From NCBI GenBank assembly GCA_011049115.1, contig DSCM01000133.1, positions 6,849 through 70,848 on the forward strand: DNA of 64,000 nucleotides, read 5' to 3'. The stretch is from Pseudomonadota bacterium. Lineage in GTDB: Bacteria; Desulfobacterota; Anaeroferrophillalia; Anaeroferrophillales; Tharpellaceae. Under the pieces are notes generated by a model. The model had not been told where the DNA came from, searched no databases, and saw only the letters and a list, made by a program, of their open reading frames with translations. This document shows positions 1-9,351 of this stretch, piece after piece. A program made the translations under genes and the position numbers. The first letter of the stretch is position 1; each line of letters starts with the position of its first letter.

Positions 1-1503
1 CCTGGGCCAGGGCGATGCCATCGCCTTCAACCACGATATCGAGATCGAGATTGGGCCGCCGCAGAAGAAGATCGCGCACCACCCCGCCGACCAGAAAGAT
101 ATTAAGCTGGAGCTCGTCGGCAAGGCTTCCGAGGCGGGACAGAATCGACAACAGCGCGGCCGGAAAACTTTCCTGCAGCAACCCCTTGACATTCTTCCGG
201 CGAAGTTTGCGCACCGCCTCAGGCTCCCCGGCAAAAAAACCGCCACGGTCTTCTTCCTGATCATACAAGGCCCGCAACAGGTCCTTGCGGGTAATCGCTC
301 CGATAATTCTGAGCTGCCCATCGACCACCGGCAGAAAACGCTGATTACGTTCAATAATCAGCTCCTTAATTCGATTAAGATCATCTCCCGGAGCGATGGG
401 TTCGTAATCGGTGGTCATATACTCACTGACCGCGAGCTGCTGTAAACCATGATACAGGGCCTTTTCCACCACCTGACGGGAAATAATTCCGGCCAGCCGG
501 GTACTTTTTTCATCGATCACCGGCAGAACATTGATATTGTAGCGGGTCAGCAACGATGCGGCTTCAGCCAGCGGGGTGGCTAATTTAATTGATAACACCG
601 GCGCAGTCATCAGATCGGCGGCGGTCAGCGGAGGCACCACCTCCACCTGCAAAAGCTCGATAAGTTTTTCGCGGCACTGAATCAAGGTCTGCTCACGGGT
701 CACGGCGGACGCCGCCGAATGGTGACCGCCGCCCCCGAAATGACTTAACAGACGCCCCATGTCCAGAGCCGGGCTGCGGCTGCGACCAATCAGATAAACC
801 TTGTCATCCAGCCGTAACAGGGCGATCACCACCTCCAGTCGTTCAATCTCTCTCAGCCGGTGAATAACCATGGCGACATCGGCCACGTAATGATCCCGCC
901 AGGCTTCGACCAGCACCACTTTCAGACCACGAGGATAGAGGGTTTTCCGGGAGAGAAGCAGATCGTTGAGCAGAGAAACCTGTTCCCGGTCCAGGGGACT
1001 GTTGACAACCTCGGCCACGGTTTCGAGGTCCCCCCCCTGTTCCAGCAACCAGGCGGCCGCGGCGAAATCGCGGGTCGTCGTATCACGAAAGGTCAGGGAA
1101 CCGGTGTCTTTATAAAGACCGATCATCATGACCGTCGCCTCGTCGGCCGGAAGCCGAATACCCTGTTGCCGTAATTTTTCAACCATCAGGGTGACCACCG
1201 CGCCAACCTCGGCCAGCTCCAGGCGGGCCGGGTTTTCAAGGTCGTCGGAGCTCGCGGGATGATGATCAAAAACCACCACCTCAACCCCAGGCCGGGCCGC
1301 GACCTCGGCAAAAGCCCCGATCCGGCCTTTTTGGCGGGTATCGACCACGATCAGTTTGCCGATCTGAGCCGGATCGATATCCTTGAGTTTTTTAAAGGGA
1401 TAGGCGTAACCGCAGGAATTGAGAAAAAAATCATGCAGACTGCGCTCGGGACTGCCGGACAGGACCATCACGGCTTCAGGAAAGAGATGCCGCGCGGCCA
1501 GCA
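1..1503 (-). CDS. DHH–DHHA1–CBS pair–poly(A) polymerase/CCA-type nucleotidyltransferase multidomain protein; N-terminal ~500 aa in window, gene continues upstream past position 1
   Basis: Manual minus-strand translation from ATG (rev-comp of cat at 1501-1503): MLAARHLFPEAV...VVFDHHP (DHH), GGGHHSAASA (DHHA1), two CBS-like segments, then LVGGVVRDLLL (GG-VRD head motif of poly(A) polymerase/CCA enzymes); open frame to window edge. Not in ORF track because it is truncated by the window. Confidence 0.7.
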
Positions 1504-1563
1504 TGGCGGCCAGACCGTCAAAATCGGTATTGATATGGGATGTGATCACGGTAAGCAAACTTT

Positions 1564-2493
1564 TTACCCTTCAGCCCGGGGATGATAGCGCCGATAGACC
1601 TCCTTGAGACGCTCGGCATCAACCTGAGTATAAATCTGGGTGGTGGAGAGATCGGCATGCCCCAGCAGAGTCTGGACAACCCTGAGATCGGCTCCGCCGG
1701 AAAGCAGATGGGTCGCGAAGGAATGGCGCAGCAAATGTGGATAAACCTTCTGACGAATGCCGGCTTTACGGGCATAGCGGCGAATATTTTTCCAGAAACC
1801 TTCACGACTCAGGGGCCGCCCTGAACGATTGAGAAAAACATAGGGTGAAAGCATGCCTTTAATCAGTTTTTCCCGGCCCTTATCGAGATAGACACGCAGA
1901 CTGGCGATAATCGGTTGCGGTAAGGGCACGATCCGTTCCTTGTCGCCCTTGCCCAGAATCGTCAGAAAACCGAGATTGAAATTAACCTGTTGCAACTCAA
2001 GAGCCACCAGTTCACTAACCCGCAGCCCGGCCCCGTAAAGCACCTCCAGCATCAGGCGGTCACGCTGCCCCAGAACCGTCGCTGAATCCGGGGCCGCCAG
2101 CAGCTTTTTGATCTCGACGACGCTCAGCACCTCGGGCAAATGCCGATCAATCGCAGGCAGGCTGAATCCGGCCAGCAGTTGCCGCGAAATCTCACCCCGG
2201 ACCAGAAGAAAACGAAAAAATGAATTCAGCGCCGAGAAACGTCGGCGAATCGTCCGTCGGGCATACGTCTGTCTGAGCAGGACCAGATATTCACTGATCT
2301 GGTAAGCGGACAGGTCCGCGACCGACGGAGCCGCGATCGACCCCAGATAAAGTCCGAAATGCTCCAGATCAACCCGGTAGGCGGCAATCGTCGGCGCCGC
2401 TAGGCCTCTTTCAAAAGCGATATGATCGAGAAATTTTTCGATTTGTTCGCGGTAAACCGATACCGCCTCGCTCTCCGCTGTCATGTCCGTCAA
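1564..2493 (-). CDS. xerD: Tyrosine site-specific recombinase XerD/XerC family
   Basis: 309 aa; N-terminal SAM-like domain, C-terminal catalytic residues (RHSFATHLL...LLGH...TQIYT) typical of Xer recombinases. Confidence 0.85.
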   Translation of the reverse strand: MTDMTAESEAVSVYREQIEKFLDHIAFERGLAAPTIAAYRVDLEHFGLYLGSIAAPSVADLSAYQISEYLVLLRQTYARRTIRRRFSALNSFFRFLLVRGEISRQLLAGFSLPAIDRHLPEVLSVVEIKKLLAAPDSATVLGQRDRLMLEVLYGAGLRVSELVALELQQVNFNLGFLTILGKGDKERIVPLPQPIIASLRVYLDKGREKLIKGMLSPYVFLNRSGRPLSREGFWKNIRRYARKAGIRQKVYPHLLRHSFATHLLSGGADLRVVQTLLGHADLSTTQIYTQVDAERLKEVYRRYHPRAEG

Positions 2494-2738
2494 TGTTTCT
2501 CCTCCCCAAAATCCCGCATGGCCGGAGCATCCTGCTCTGTCGGAGTCAGCATGGCGACCGCATGTTTGTAGATGAGATGGCTTGTGAAATCGTCATTTAA
2601 AATCAGACAATGGCCGTCAAAGCTGCTGATCCTTCCCTCACGGGCAGTGCCGTTTAAAAGTTCAATACTGACCCGGCATTTTTCGCGCCGCAGCCGGTTC
2701 AAAAACTGTTCCTGGACGTTTGCCTGATGTCGCGTCAT
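2490..2738 (-). CDS. hfq: RNA chaperone Hfq
   Basis: Sm1/Sm2 motifs: FLNRLRREKCRVSIELLNGTAREGRISSFDGHCLILND...YKHAV; likely start MTRHQ (ORF-track start 2759 is probably an upstream extension); stop overlaps xerD start by 4 nt. Confidence 0.8.
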   Translation of the reverse strand: MTRHQANVQEQFLNRLRREKCRVSIELLNGTAREGRISSFDGHCLILNDDFTSHLIYKHAVAMLTPTEQDAPAMRDFGEEKH

Positions 2739-2950
2739 GGTTCCCTCACTCGTCCGCAAAGGTAAGCGGAGGTTTATCTCCGTAAGTTTCAGTGCGACTA
2801 TCTAACACTGTGCTCGGCGTTTTAGCAAATAATTTAGTAACGGTTCCGCCATTTTTCCGTGTCGATGGTTCAGATGGTGTTCCGCAACGCCTCGCAAAAT
2901 TTCGTTGTTGAAGGTTACGTGATTCATACCTATTTTAAAAAACGACAGTG

Positions 2951-2970
2951 ACATTTTCAGCTGAAAATGT
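2951..2970. promoter_or_regulatory. Perfect 20-bp palindrome ACATTTTCAGCTGAAAATGT in hfq / moxR-like divergent intergenic region; candidate operator
   Basis: Read directly: acattttcag|ctgaaaatgt is its own reverse complement; located in a 417-bp noncoding region. Confidence 0.3.
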
Positions 2971-3176
2971 TAAATCAACCAGATCCCTCGGATTCGCGCC
3001 CCTGCGGGGGGCAAACCCCGTAGCCCCGGATCGAAGATTAGGGCCCAAAGCTGAAGGCTCTCCCGAGAATCGCAGCAAAGTACTCGCACCAGATCATGGC
3101 CCGTTTTTTTTAAACCGAAAATGACTTGTGAGTCGTCAATCAACTTCTAAACCTTACAGGGACCAGAGAAAAGCTC

Positions 3177-4037
3177 ATGCAAGATTTCAACCGTTATTCC
3201 GGAACCAGCGACTACATTGTCTCCGAAGACCTGCAAAATGATGTCAATGTGGCGATCGCCCTCGGCCGCCCGCTGCTGATCAAGGGCGAGCCCGGCACCG
3301 GGAAAACCCTGCTGGCGCAAAGCGTGGCCCGCGACCTGAAGCGCAACTTGTTGATCTGGAACATCAAATCGACGACCAAGGCCCAGGACGGTCTCTATCT
3401 CTATGATACCGTCCAGCGGCTTAACGATTCCCGTTTCGGCGGCAACGATGTTTCCAACATCGAAAACTATATCAAACTCGGCCGTCTGGGCGAGGCTTTT
3501 GCCGCGGATGAACCAGTAGTCGTACTGATCGATGAGATCGACAAGGCCGATATCGAGTTTCCCAACGACCTGCTGGCCGAACTCGACGAGATGCGTTTTT
3601 ATATTCCGGAAACCAAAAAAACCATCGCTGCCCGGCAGCGACCGGCAATCATCATCACCAGCAATTCGGAAAAAGAGTTGCCCGATGCCTTTCTGCGGCG
3701 TTGCGTTTTTCACTATATAGAATTTCCGCAGCCGGAATTGATGAGCCGCATCGTCCGCGTTCATTTTCCCGATCTTGAGCAACAACTCATCGAGGAGGCG
3801 ATGGCGGCCTTCTACCAGCTGCGCGGACTTGAGGGCCTGCGCAAAAAACCCTCGACCAGCGAACTGATCGACTGGCTTAAGGCCCTGCTGGCGGCCGGTC
3901 TCGGCGGCAAGACCGACCTACAGAAGGAGCTCCCCTTTCTCGGAGCCCTGCTTAAAAACGAGAATGATTACGAGGTCGCCGCCAGACAACGCAGCGCCTA
4001 CCAGCGACGCGGCGCCCTGGCCTCCTTGCGGCGCTGA
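3177..4037 (+). CDS. MoxR-family AAA+ ATPase (CoxD/AAA_5-like)
   Basis: 286 aa; Walker A GEPGTGKT, Walker B VVVLIDEIDKA; size and motifs typical of CoxD/MoxR chaperone ATPases. Confidence 0.75.
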   Translation: MQDFNRYSGTSDYIVSEDLQNDVNVAIALGRPLLIKGEPGTGKTLLAQSVARDLKRNLLIWNIKSTTKAQDGLYLYDTVQRLNDSRFGGNDVSNIENYIKLGRLGEAFAADEPVVVLIDEIDKADIEFPNDLLAELDEMRFYIPETKKTIAARQRPAIIITSNSEKELPDAFLRRCVFHYIEFPQPELMSRIVRVHFPDLEQQLIEEAMAAFYQLRGLEGLRKKPSTSELIDWLKALLAAGLGGKTDLQKELPFLGALLKNENDYEVAARQRSAYQRRGALASLRR

Positions 4038-4149
4038 AATCCGTCTCGACCAGCGCCCTACCATCATTCGGCCGGGCTTTGAGCCCGGATAAAACCCATC
4101 CTTTTTCAAGGGCAGGTGGACAGCGTCCGCCGCGCACCAGTGACACAGC

Positions 4150-5319
4150 ATGTTTACCGGTTTCTTTTTTTGCCTTCGAGCCCACAAAATCATGGTCACC
4201 CCGACGGAATGGCTGGCTCTGATGGAAGCCTTAAGCCGGGGTTTCGCCGGCTGCAGTCTGGTTTCATTTTACCACCTGAGCCGGGCCCTGCTGGTCAAAA
4301 GCGAAGCCCTGTTCGACCATTTCGATCTGGCTTTTCGCGAATTTTTCACCGGCCTCGAAGTTCCTCAGGAAATTTTTGCAGAACTCTGGCAATGGCTGGG
4401 GCAGGAAAATCTGAAACGAAAGCTTGCCCCCGACGCGCTCAAGGACCTGCCCCAATACAACTGGGAAACCGTTAAAAAGATGTTTGCCGAGCGGCTTCAG
4501 GAACAAAAGGAGGAACATCACGGTGGTAACCGCTGGATCGGCACCGGCGGCACTTCACCTTTCGGCCACGGCGGCTATCATCCCGGAGGGTTGCGGGTAG
4601 GAGGCGAAGCCGGCGGCGGCATGGCCATTAAAATTGCGGCCGAAAGACGTTTTCAGGGTTACCGCCGCGACGTCACCCTGGATATTCGCCAGATCAAGGT
4701 CGCCTTAAAGAAACTTCGTCACTTGCGCCGCACCGGCAACCGCTTTGAACTTGACGTGGATAAAACCATCGACCGGGCCTGCCGCAACGCCGGCGAGATT
4801 GATCTGGTCTTCAGCCCGGAGCACAAAAACGATGTCAAGCTCCTTTTGCTGATGGATGCCGGAGGTTCGATGTATCCTTACGCCAAGCTGGTGGACCGGC
4901 TCTTTTCGGCCGCCAACTCGGTCAACCATTTCGCCGAACTCAATCATTATTATTTCCATAATTCGATCTACGATTATCTCCGTCCTGAAATCGACAGCCG
5001 GGAACGGGTGCCGACCGCACACGTGCTCAAAGAGTTGAACCCCGATCACAAGGTTATTCTCGTCGGCGACGCCAGCATGGCTCCGTTTGAACTGTTCATG
5101 GAAAACGGAATTATCGACTATTACGACAGCAATCAGACGGCAGGGATTGTCTGGTTTGAAAGGATCGCGGCCCATTTTCGCCGCTGCGTCTGGCTCAACC
5201 CGATACCGCAACGCTACTGGGGCCATCCGACGATCAGCGCCATCGGCCGGGTTTTCCCGATGTTTCACCTCTCGCTGGAGGGGCTGGATGAAGCGATTCA
5301 GAAACTGACGGCTTTCTAA
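4150..5319 (+). CDS. VWA domain-containing protein (CoxE-like partner of MoxR ATPase)
   Basis: 389 aa; C-terminal VWA-like region (KVILVGDASMAP...); immediately downstream of MoxR-like ATPase, the classical MoxR–VWA pairing. Confidence 0.65.
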   Translation: MFTGFFFCLRAHKIMVTPTEWLALMEALSRGFAGCSLVSFYHLSRALLVKSEALFDHFDLAFREFFTGLEVPQEIFAELWQWLGQENLKRKLAPDALKDLPQYNWETVKKMFAERLQEQKEEHHGGNRWIGTGGTSPFGHGGYHPGGLRVGGEAGGGMAIKIAAERRFQGYRRDVTLDIRQIKVALKKLRHLRRTGNRFELDVDKTIDRACRNAGEIDLVFSPEHKNDVKLLLLMDAGGSMYPYAKLVDRLFSAANSVNHFAELNHYYFHNSIYDYLRPEIDSRERVPTAHVLKELNPDHKVILVGDASMAPFELFMENGIIDYYDSNQTAGIVWFERIAAHFRRCVWLNPIPQRYWGHPTISAIGRVFPMFHLSLEGLDEAIQKLTAF

Positions 5320-6071
5320 AGACCAGCTCCGCGCCGCAGCAGATTATCGATTAGGCTCATCAAACCGCGGATAATCCGCACTTCACGGCTGGTCATTGCC
5401 GCCCGTCCGAAAAGCCGGCGCAGATATTCAAGTAAATGATCGGGATTACTGCGATCAAGAAAACCGGCAGCACTTAAAGTCCGACGCAGATGCGCGTACA
5501 TCCCCTGCAATTCAGTATGCGCCGCCAGAGCGGCAACTGCGGACTCCGATCTTCCTGGCTGAGCTTCGAGGCGACTGAGCTCGTAACCGTACAGAAGTAC
5601 GGATTGCGCCAGGTTGAGTGAGGAAAATTCCGGATTGACCGGAATCGAAGAAAGCATATGACTGTGGCGGCGCTGTTCGCGGCCCAGACCGAAATCCTCC
5701 CGGCCAAACATGATGGCCACCGGCACTCGGGTCCCGAGTTCAGCAATCTTACCCGCCGTCTGCGCCGGAGTGAACACCGGACGACAATATTTGCCGAGGC
5801 GGGCGGTGGTCCCGACCACCAGTTTAAAACCGGCCAGGGCTTCTTCCAGATTATTAAAAACCCGGGCTGCTTCCAGGATGTCATCCGCTCCGCAGGAAAG
5901 CGCCCGAGACTTGTCGGACAGCGGGTCACAGCTCGGTGCCACCAGAAACAAACGCCCAAGATTGAAATTTTTCATGGCCCGGGCCACAGCCCCGACATTT
6001 AAATCAAGTTTCGGTTCGACCAGGACAACGGCCAGCTCCGGCCAGAAATTTTTCACGAGAAAATCAGACAT
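5316..6071 (-). CDS. trmJ: SpoU/TrmH-class tRNA 2'-O-methyltransferase, TrmJ-like
   Basis: LAVVLVEPKLDLNVGAVARAMKNFNLGRLFLVAP motif typical of TrmJ N-terminus; start trimmed to MSDFLV (cat at 6069-6071); the ORF-track start at 6185 gives an implausible Cys-rich leader. Confidence 0.7.
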   Translation of the reverse strand: MSDFLVKNFWPELAVVLVEPKLDLNVGAVARAMKNFNLGRLFLVAPSCDPLSDKSRALSCGADDILEAARVFNNLEEALAGFKLVVGTTARLGKYCRPVFTPAQTAGKIAELGTRVPVAIMFGREDFGLGREQRRHSHMLSSIPVNPEFSSLNLAQSVLLYGYELSRLEAQPGRSESAVAALAAHTELQGMYAHLRRTLSAAGFLDRSNPDHLLEYLRRLFGRAAMTSREVRIIRGLMSLIDNLLRRGAGL

Positions 6072-6211
6072 GGCAGACCTGGCGACGATTTTTGCCCCCT
6101 GAGCGTTCAGGGCCGGCGAAATAATTTTGCCGCGCCAGAGGCAGGAACAGAAAGATCTCGCCGTCAGCGACGGGAAAACAACCACCAGGCAACCCTTTCA
6201 CGGCCGAAAAC

Positions 6212-7003
6212 TCAGCTCGAAAAGGGCTCATTTTTAATCCGGCGGCAGCGCTTGATTTCAAACAGGGCGACTGCCGCAGCCACCCCGACATTAAGTGATT
6301 CACTCTCCCGGGACAACGGAATGGAGACTTGAAAATCGCAGGCCCGGTTAATGATCGGCCGCAGACCCTTGTCCTCCGAACCCAGCACCAGAACCAGCGA
6401 GGCCGCCCAGTCGACGGCATAAAGGTCGTCGCCGCCGGAAGCGGCGGCGCCATAGATCCAGAAACCAGCCGCTCGGCATTGCTGCAGGGCGTCGGCCAGA
6501 TTAACCACGCGACAAATGGGCAGTTTTTCCAGGGCTCCGGCCGCCGTCTTGGCGGCCGCCGGGGTTATCGCGGCGCTGCGGCGCTCGGGCAGCAGCAAAC
6601 CGGCGACTCCGGCGGCGACCGCGGTCCGAATGATAGCGCCGAGATTACGCGGGTCGGTTACCCCGTCCAGCGCCAGCAACAAAGCCCCCGATGGCGCTTG
6701 CGCGCAGGTTCTGAGCAGCTCGACCAGCGGCGTGAAAACAAACGGCGCCACCTGGGCCGCGACCCCTTGATGCCTGATTCCGCTCGCGAGGCGATCCAGA
6801 GCCTTTCCCGGAACTATCTTAACGCTGATGCCCTGATCACGGGCGCGTTCCCCAAGGTCCTTCAGCCGGCGGCCTCCTGTATCCAGCAGATACAGGGTCA
6901 AAATCCGCGATGACCGAGCCAGAAGTTCAGTTACGGCATTGATGCCGCAAACTAGATCTTGACCACCATCCGCCTTCGAGATAGCTGAAGCCATGAAGAT
7001 CAA
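6212..7003 (-). CDS. rlmB: 23S rRNA (guanosine-2'-O)-methyltransferase RlmB (SpoU family with N-terminal substrate-binding domain)
   Basis: 263 aa; LLLALDGVTDPRNLGAIIRTAVAAGV...LVLGSEDKGL...IPLSRESESLNVGVAAAVALFE SpoU motifs. Confidence 0.75.
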   Translation of the reverse strand: MIFMASAISKADGGQDLVCGINAVTELLARSSRILTLYLLDTGGRRLKDLGERARDQGISVKIVPGKALDRLASGIRHQGVAAQVAPFVFTPLVELLRTCAQAPSGALLLALDGVTDPRNLGAIIRTAVAAGVAGLLLPERRSAAITPAAAKTAAGALEKLPICRVVNLADALQQCRAAGFWIYGAAASGGDDLYAVDWAASLVLVLGSEDKGLRPIINRACDFQVSIPLSRESESLNVGVAAAVALFEIKRCRRIKNEPFSS

Positions 7004-7671
7004 TGGCCAAAGATTCGAAAGTTAATAATTTTCGACCACCCCGATTCGGTTTCAACCCCGGCTTCCGGCGCCACGATACAGGCTGTGCCGGATGAGGGGG
7101 CGGCGGTCAAAACCTTTGCCGGGGTGGACGGAGTCGACGAGGCGATCGGCAAAGACATGATCATTCGCGATTGCGGGCAAGCCTGAGGACAGGGCGGGCA
7201 AAGCAGCCGGCTGGACTGAAAATTTCGCGGTGCACTCCCGGCAATTTCCTCTTCCAGTTTTTTCTGTTCGGCCCCCAGGGATTCGACCAAACCATCAACC
7301 ACAGCTCGCAAATCCTGGTTGTCATTCAGTAAATCCTGCAAATCAAGCAGGTTCCTGACCGACGCGCCGATCTTCTGCACGCGCCGCTTCAGCCCCCAAA
7401 CCACCATTTCATCCTCCAGGGCCAGCAATCTTGTACCGGTTTCCGCCTCCGCCGCCTCCAGGGAGACAATTTTACGATTAACCTCAACCAGCTGTTTGCG
7501 AAGTTTCTGATAATCAAGAAAACCCAGCCCGGAGGCTACAACCAGCAGAAGAAAAACCGCTGTCGACACAAAAAGAAAGAGACCACCTTTCTTCTTCTGC
7601 ACGCCGCCATGATTTGCGACCACGGAGGCACCACCCAATTCTTTTTCGTTTTTTTCTTCCGTCACATTCAA
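7000..7671 (-). CDS. Hypothetical membrane-anchored coiled-coil protein
   Basis: 223 aa; one N-proximal hydrophobic helix (LFLFVSTAVFLLLVVASGLGFL) followed by heptad-like LEAAEAE.../QKKLEEE region; no recognisable enzymatic motif. Confidence 0.45.
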   Translation of the reverse strand: MNVTEEKNEKELGGASVVANHGGVQKKKGGLFLFVSTAVFLLLVVASGLGFLDYQKLRKQLVEVNRKIVSLEAAEAETGTRLLALEDEMVVWGLKRRVQKIGASVRNLLDLQDLLNDNQDLRAVVDGLVESLGAEQKKLEEEIAGSAPRNFQSSRLLCPPCPQACPQSRMIMSLPIASSTPSTPAKVLTAAPSSGTACIVAPEAGVETESGWSKIINFRIFGH

Positions 7672-7955
7672 TCTCCTGGAAATCGTTTACAGTCTCAGAA
7701 CCTTCGGTTTAAATTCCGGCCTTTCGGCAAAAAAGATGGCGATGAAAGCTGAATATAACCTTTCCCGGCGGCAGGGTCAAGCTTCAGGAGGCGACCGGCT
7801 CAAGCAAAGGATATATAAATCTTTTTCTCCGATTCGTGTTTTCGTGTCGGGCGCGGGCGCTCTTTTATTTCACATCAGTTAAGGTTCTCGGTCATGTCCA
7901 TGGCGGGGACAAAAACCGGCGCCCGGGTCTGGCTTTCAACCACTTCAAGCGCCGG

Positions 7956-9348
7956 TCAGGATTCGCCACCCGGGCCTTTTTCCTCCCGCAGCAAGGCCAG
8001 AATCGTCGCGGTCCGTTCCTCCAGCAGAGCCTGATTTCCCCGGCTCTCGACATTAAGGCGCAACAAAAACTCGGTATTGGAGGAACGCAGGTTAAAACGC
8101 CAGTCGGCAAATTCCAGGGTCAGACCGTCGACGCAAAAACTGCGCAGCACCTTTTCCCGCTCCCGGAAATACTTTTCAACCCTGGCGATTGCCGCCGCGG
8201 GATCGGCCGGAGAGCAGTTGATCTCGCCGCTGACCGGATAGAGCCTGATTCTTTCATCCACCAACTCAGACAGTCGCCGCCCGCTGCGAGAAAGCAGCTC
8301 CAGGACCAGCAACCAGGGAATCATGCCCGAGTCACAATAGGAAAATTCCCTGAAATAGTGGTGGGCGCTCATCTCTCCGCCATAAAGGGCGTCAAGTTCG
8401 CGCATGCGCTCCTTGATGAAAGCATGACCGGTTCGAGAAACCACGGCCTCGCCCCGCGACTTGCCGACCAGATCAATCGTATTCCAGGTCAGACGCGGGT
8501 CGTAAATGATTTTGGCGCCGGGATGCTGCTGCAGACGAAGCTGAGCCAGCAGACCAACGAGATAATAACCCTCAAGAAAACGACCCGTCTCATCAAAGAA
8601 AAAACAGCGGTCAAAATCACCATCCCAGGCCAGACCGATATCAGCCCCCGCTCTGATCACCGCCTGACTCGTCAGGGAACGATTTTCCGGCAGCAGAGGA
8701 TTGGGAATACCCTGCGGAAAAGTTCCGTCCGGCTCATTGAGCAGCTTGATAAAGGTAAAAGGCAGACGGCGTTCAAGCAGGTCCAGGACCGGCCCGGCGC
8801 AGCCGTTACCTGCATTGACGACGACTTTCAGGGGGGCTAAGCCGGGACAGATCGATATAACTAAGCAGATGCTCAATATAGTCATCGCGAAAAGTCAGGG
8901 ACCGGCGTTGCGCCGCCCGTGCCGCCCGCGCGGGAAAGTCCCCCCCCGCAACCAGTTCTCGAAGTTGAGGCAAACCGAAATCTCCATGTAAAGGGCGAGC
9001 TTGCGCGCAAACCAGTTTCATTCCGTTATAATCAGCAGGATTATGACTGGCGGTGACCATGATACCACCGTCAAGCCGATAATGGAAAGTCGCGAAATAA
9101 ACCTCTTCGGTGCCGCAAAGACCGAGCTCCAGGACCTCGACTCCGCCCTCGCTGAGCCCCCGGGCCAGCGCCTCGGCCAGAGCCGGACTGGAAAGTCGCA
9201 CATCCCGACCAACAGCAACCCGGACCGGTTTAAAGAATGCGGCGTAAGCCCGCCCCAGACGCCAGGCCAGTTCCTCGTTAAGCTCGTCCGGAACCCGCCC
9301 GCGAATATCATAAGCCTTGAAACAGGCCGTAGAGATGGTTTCAGTCAT
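7956..9348 (-). pseudogene. manB: Phosphomannomutase/phosphoglucomutase (alpha-D-phosphohexomutase family), interrupted by a +1 frameshift at a C6 (minus-strand) / G6 (plus, 8831-8836) homopolymer
   Basis: ORF 8806..9348 carries FKAYDIRG and TASHNP active-site serine motif; ORF 7956..8885 carries [10 protein letters not shown] and C-terminal domains; the two frames rejoin to ...[18 protein letters not shown] if one C of the run is removed. Confidence 0.8.
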
Positions 9349-9351
9349 CAG

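Noticed and set aside
5316-6185. Long N-terminal extension of TrmJ-like ORF (start at 6185)
   Set aside because: The extension is Cys/Trp-rich, unlike the TrmJ family; the internal Met (start 6071) aligns with the conserved N-terminus. The longer start is kept only as an alternative.
7836-8840. 334-aa plus-strand ORF
   Set aside because: Lies fully antisense to the phosphomannomutase gene; the minus-strand frame carries clear PMM/PGM motifs, while this frame has no recognisable domain and is a typical high-GC antisense artefact.
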